Shown: one piece after another, positions 59,493 through 64,000 of the stretch | Position numbering within the stretch: the first letter of the stretch is position 1 | How the letters are laid out: every line of letters starts with the position of its first letter | DNA from: Anthoceros angustus | Taxonomy: Eukaryota; Plantae; Anthocerotophyta | Length of the DNA stretch: 64,000 bases | Assembly (NCBI GenBank): GCA_010909165.1 | Contig: VJWM01000025.1 | Location: 620,001-684,000, forward strand | Direction: 5' to 3' | Translations under genes and position numbers: made by a program | The notes under the pieces: model-generated | Databases searched by the model: none | What the model was told of the DNA's origin: nothing | What the model saw: the letters and a program-made list of their open reading frames with translations, nothing else

Positions 59493-62400
59493 TTTTGGCG
59501 CCGCTGGGAGTGTCATTGTTGTCAAGACCTTAGAGTAGACTAACCTTGTCTAGTAGTGTATTGGGAGTCTTGAGTGTGATACATGGATGCTACCCATTGA
59601 GTCTCGAAAGTTCCGACCCACCGTGAAGAGAAGACTCAAAGAAGAAGACAACGCTGCCGTGGAGCGAGGGCTCGCAGATCGAGAGCCGAGGAGAGCACAG
59701 AAAGTAACGCACTGGAGGAGCCAAGAAGCAAGCAACAGTCGCTAGGACCGACAGCCATCCTTGTCTTGACCTCCGTGTCGAACTTGCAACCGTGAACTCG
59801 AACTTTTGACAGTATGCTACAGAGATCCTGCTAGACCAACAATCGTTGGGATAGTGACGACGTCATGGCGACTTCCTTTTGCAATAACTACTGCAGCCAT
59901 ACCCACCGTATGGAGAGAAGAAGGGTATGAAGATCCGACGAGTTTGTTGAACGCTTTGAGCAACTAACCATTGCAAATCGTGAACTGGGATCTGCAGCAG
60001 ATTCACTCTTCTACGGAGTTCTTCGGAGGGCCAGCCAAGTGGTACAAGAGGGAGTACCTCAAGGCATCAAGACCAAAGAACCTTCAACGAATCAAGAAAG
60101 CCTTTTGTGAGAGGTTCAGGGAATAGATGTAGAAGGCTACGTGTTGTCAAAGTTGGAGTTTTGAGGAGAAGAAGGAAGGAGACCTTGCAAGCTTATGTTG
60201 AGAGGTTTCTTAACTTGCGTGATCGTAGTGGTCCTCACTCGATTCTGTGCCATTCGGTGGTTGCTAAGGGGTTAGATCCCGAGATGGGCCGACATGTGAG
60301 GCGCAAGCGGAGAAAGACGAGACAAGGCCATCAAGGCGGCACTCAACTACGAAGAATCCAACTCCTTGGACAAGAAGAAGCACAAGAAGGAAAAGAGCAA
60401 GAAGAAGAAGTCCAAGCGAGGGAAGAAGGACAAGGGATCTTCGTCGGAGGAGGAAGAAACTTCAGGAGAGTGACTCCTCTCAAGACTCAGACTGGAGGAC
60501 TCTTCCTGAGGATGGCAAGACGGAGGAAGAATCCTCAAGACGAGAGACGCAGGAAGAAGAAGAAGGTTGGCCGCTAAGAAGAAACCAGAGGCTCGAGGAT
60601 CAAGGGAGCTGGCTAAACAAGAGGTCGCTAGTGCTAAGAAGGAAGTGGAACAAGTCAAGAGGAGTACCTCAAGGCATCGAACCTTCAACGAAGAAAGCCT
60701 TTTGTGAGAGGTTCAGGAATAGATGTAGAAGGCTACGTGTTGTCAAAGTTGGAGTTTTGAGGAGAAGAAGGAAGGAGACCTTGCAAGCTTATGTTGAGAG
60801 GTTCTTAACTTGCGTGATCGTAGTGGTCCTCACTCGATTTGCCATTCGGTGGTTGCTAAGGGGTTAGATCCCGAGATGGGCCGACATGTGAGGTCAAGCG
60901 GAGAAACGTGACAAGGCCATCAAGGCGGCACTCAACTACGAAGAATCCAACTCCTTGGACAAGAAGAAGCACAAGAAGGAAAAGAGCAAGAAGAAGAAGT
61001 CCAAGCGAGGGAAGAAGGACAAGGGATCTTCGTCGGAGGAGGAAGAAACTTCAGGAGAGTGACTCCTCTCAAGACTCAGACTGGAGGACTCTTCCTGAGG
61101 ATGGCAAGACGGAGGAAGAATCCTCAAGACGAGAGACGCAGGAAGAAGAAGAAGGTTGGCCGCTAAGAAGAAACCAGGCTCGAGGATCAAGGGAGCTGGC
61201 TAAACAAGAGGTCGCTAGTGCTAAGAAGGAAGTGGAACAAGTCAAGAGGAGTACCTCAAGGCATCGAACCTTCAACGAAGAAAGCCTTTTGTGAGAGGTT
61301 CAGGAATAGATGTAGAAGGCTACGTGTTGTCAAAGTTGGAGTTTTGAGGAGAAGAAGGAAGGAGACCTTGCAAGCTTATGTTGAGAGGTTCTTAACTTGC
61401 GTGATCGTAGTGGTCCTCACTCGATTTGCCATTCGGTGGTTTGCTAAGGGGTTAGATCCCGAGATGGGCCGACATGTGCAAGCGGAGAAACGTGACAAGG
61501 CCATCAAGGCGGCACTCAACTACGAAGAATCCAACTCCTTGGACAAGAAGAAGCACAAGAAGGAAAAGAGCAAGAAGAAGAAGTCCAAGCGAGGGAAGAA
61601 GGACAAGGGATCTTCGTCGGAGGAGGAAACTTGAGGAGAGTGACTCCTCTCAAGACTCGGTCGGAGGACTCTTCCTGAGGAGGATGGCACGGAGGAAGAA
61701 TCCTCAAGACGAGAGCAGGAAGAAGAAGAAGGTTGGGCTGAAGAAACCAGGCTCGAGGATCAAGGAGCTGGCAGCTAAACAAGAGGTCGCTAGTGCTAAG
61801 AAGGAAGTGGAACAAGTCAAGAGGGAGGCTGCAGTGAAGAAGGTGCAACAAAGAAGAAATGAAGATGGAGGAAATGATGAGCAAATTCGAGAAGTTTCAC
61901 CTCAACGCGTGAAGGAGCATGAGAAGAGGAGAGCGCATCCAAAGCTCGGGCTAACTGCTTTGTTCCACTTGTGGCCAGCCAGCCACACCAAGTCCAACCG
62001 TATGTGGCCAAGGTGCACATGCTCGCCACGAGGAGGAGGAAGAGGATCGCTGGAGGATACCTACCGATCCGTGAGGTTTCCAGGACAACAAGATTCAAGA
62101 CCGCCCATCCATCGATGCTGCGAAATTCCATGGGGGCATTCGTAACAACCAAGTGCCTGTGGTTGCTAACCAAGCAACGGGTGGTTCAACAATCAGAGGG
62201 GCTTTGGTCATTATGCAAATAGCTGTTCATCGAACAAGACAGCCAATGGTGACTACGAACGTGCAAGACCGCAAACAACAGGTCATGTAGCGGGAGTGTC
62301 ACTTGCCCAAACCGAGGTCGCTCAATTGCTCAACCACCGTGATGGGGTTCAAGCAGCATCCCAAGGAGCATGCAGCCATGCACGTGGAGGATGCCCTTAT

Positions 62401-64000
62401 GGTCGCTTTGGGAGGATGCGGAAGCCATGGTGTGGGGAGCTAGATGGACTGGGGGCAGGAGGAGACTACTACGGAGAGGTCAGCATGCATGCGCACTAGG
62501 AATGAAAAGCTAGGAGGAAGTCATGGAAGAAGAAAGAGACGGAGGTGCAATCACCACAAAGTCAAGAGAGCACTCCAAGCCCGGAGGGAACGGATCTAGA
62601 GGAGACACTTGAGAAGGAGAACCCAGAAGGAAGAATCAAGGAGTGAATCGCCTGGGGCCATGCTGGAGAAGAAGAAGTTCCAAAGAAAAGGGAGAGGAAC
62701 CCGAGTTTCCACCGGACGGCCGGAAGTCATGGAGATGATAGAGGAGGAATTGACCAAGACAAAACCGAGCTCGTGATCCCGAGACGCAGAAGTCCTCCGG
62801 TTAGCAACCGCGCTAAGGCGGCCGCAGCTAAGCAACCGACGTTGTTGCTAAGGGAGCAACCGCGATCGTTGGGGGAAGGAGGGACCGATCGAGGACCATT
62901 TAACCTTGCCAAGCCATCATGGATCGCAATTTGCTATCACGTTTGGTCAACTATTGAAGGACAACCAAGTAGTGCAACAAGTTCGGAGGGCCTTGCAAGA
63001 AGCGCAACCCAAGAGGAAGAGGCGATTGCCCAAGCCAGACCAAGGGTGCCGACCTACCAACCTAGTGTCCATGATAGACCAAGGGCCGGAGTCGCAAGTG
63101 GAGATCACCGGTCATTATCAAGCGGGTTCCCTTGGATACCGGATCCGGTGAACATCATGACGGAAGGGATAGCAAGGAAGCTTGGGTTGGACATTGAGCA
63201 TACCACAAGGTCCGAGATTACCGACATGTCAAAAATGCACTGTGGGAGAATCAAGGAGTAACCACCATCATAGGGACCATTCCCTATCTCATGGACTATG
63301 TGGTTATCCAAGACAAGGCGCCTGTGGTACGACATCCTATTGGGAAGGACTGTCAGATGGCTCAAGATGCAAGATGACTTGGGGAGGAAGGAAGTGGCTT
63401 TTAAGCCAATGGATTGGGACCCCAAGACGAAGGAGGCCGAATTTGTTTGAGTTGGAGCAGGATACCTCTGGGGAGACTCCTACAGAACGGAAGGATACAC
63501 ATCGGTGGAGAAACATCCGACTGGAGGAAGAAGGAGGGAATCGGACAAATTTCCTTTTGCACATATCGCATGGTCGATGAGGAGGAAGAGTATAGGAGGG
63601 ATATCCCTTACTCCCTCAATTTGGTGGACCGCTGGTTCATGGAGGACCGCATCAGGAGGAGACAAAGAACTATAACGAGGCGGTTAAGGAAGCATCACCG
63701 ATTCTCAGGTTGCTAAGGAAGGACTGAGGACAACAAGAACAGAAGAGGGTGAGCCAGGATCATTCGATTCACCTCCGAGGACCTATTTAGGGAGTGGGGA
63801 TGAGGGAAGAGGACCTCGTGAACCGGAGGAAGGGTTTGGTGAGAGTTCAAGACCCGTGGAGCGAGAATGGGTACAAGCGACGAGATTAAGGATGTGGAGG
63901 TATTGCCCGAAGGTGCTGAAGTTTGCACGATACCTGGAACCAGCGTTGGAAGAAGGAATGAAACAGCCTCCTCGAGTTCATCGACGTGTTTGCCTTGAGG
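59493..64000 (+). mobile_element. Ty3/gypsy (Athila/Tat-like) internal region: PBS, gag, Zn knuckle, aspartic protease, start of RT; continues beyond right edge
   Basis: PBS TGGCGCCGC at ~59496, gag YEDPDEFVERFEQL, GHYANSC knuckle at ~62205-62227, protease LDTGS.VNIMTE at ~63130, YDILLGR, and LEFIDVFA at the window end. Confidence 0.85.
60045..61827. repeat. Triplicated ~590-bp segment within gypsy gag
   Basis: Unit starts CAAGAG(G)GAG at 60045, 60656 and 61243, and ends at 61818-61827. Encodes a K/S/E-rich stretch. Confidence 0.9.

Noticed and set aside
1-64000. tRNA/rRNA genes, or organellar or bacterial insertion
   Set aside because: Only PBS-length tRNA complements were found. All recognisable content is plant nuclear genes and TEs.

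Overview
Nuclear DNA from a seed-free land plant, most likely a hornwort or fern (inferred from PLS-class PPR genes with long-insert L motifs). Left to right: (1) the 5' half of a Ty1/copia element (1-3146) inserted inside a PPR gene. (2) A head-to-tail array of a ~10.5-kb unit (3770-14320, 14321-24829, 24830-40639, plus a partial copy to the left). Each unit carries the 5' part of PPR gene 'B', a decayed unidentified ORF, an F-box/kelch-like gene, a gypsy gag remnant, an unidentified 2-kb block and the 3' part of PPR gene 'A'. The array breakpoint lies inside the PPR coding sequence, so each junction creates an in-frame B/A chimeric PLS-E+ PPR gene, while the rightmost copy keeps the native A N-terminus. 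Unit 3 alone carries a 4.9-kb copia insertion with a TSD and an expanded nested minisatellite. (3) Decayed PPR paralogue fragments interrupted by a Mutator-like transposase and by a copia element with non-canonical TA...TA LTR ends. (4) A 2.07-kb tandem duplication. (5) An Athila/Tat-like gypsy region (extra ORF, LTR, PBS, gag with a triplicated 0.6-kb segment, protease, start of RT) running off the right end. Many frameshifts fall in homopolymers and probably reflect long-read consensus errors, so gene intactness cannot be judged from this window alone. No rRNA, tRNA or CRISPR features were seen.
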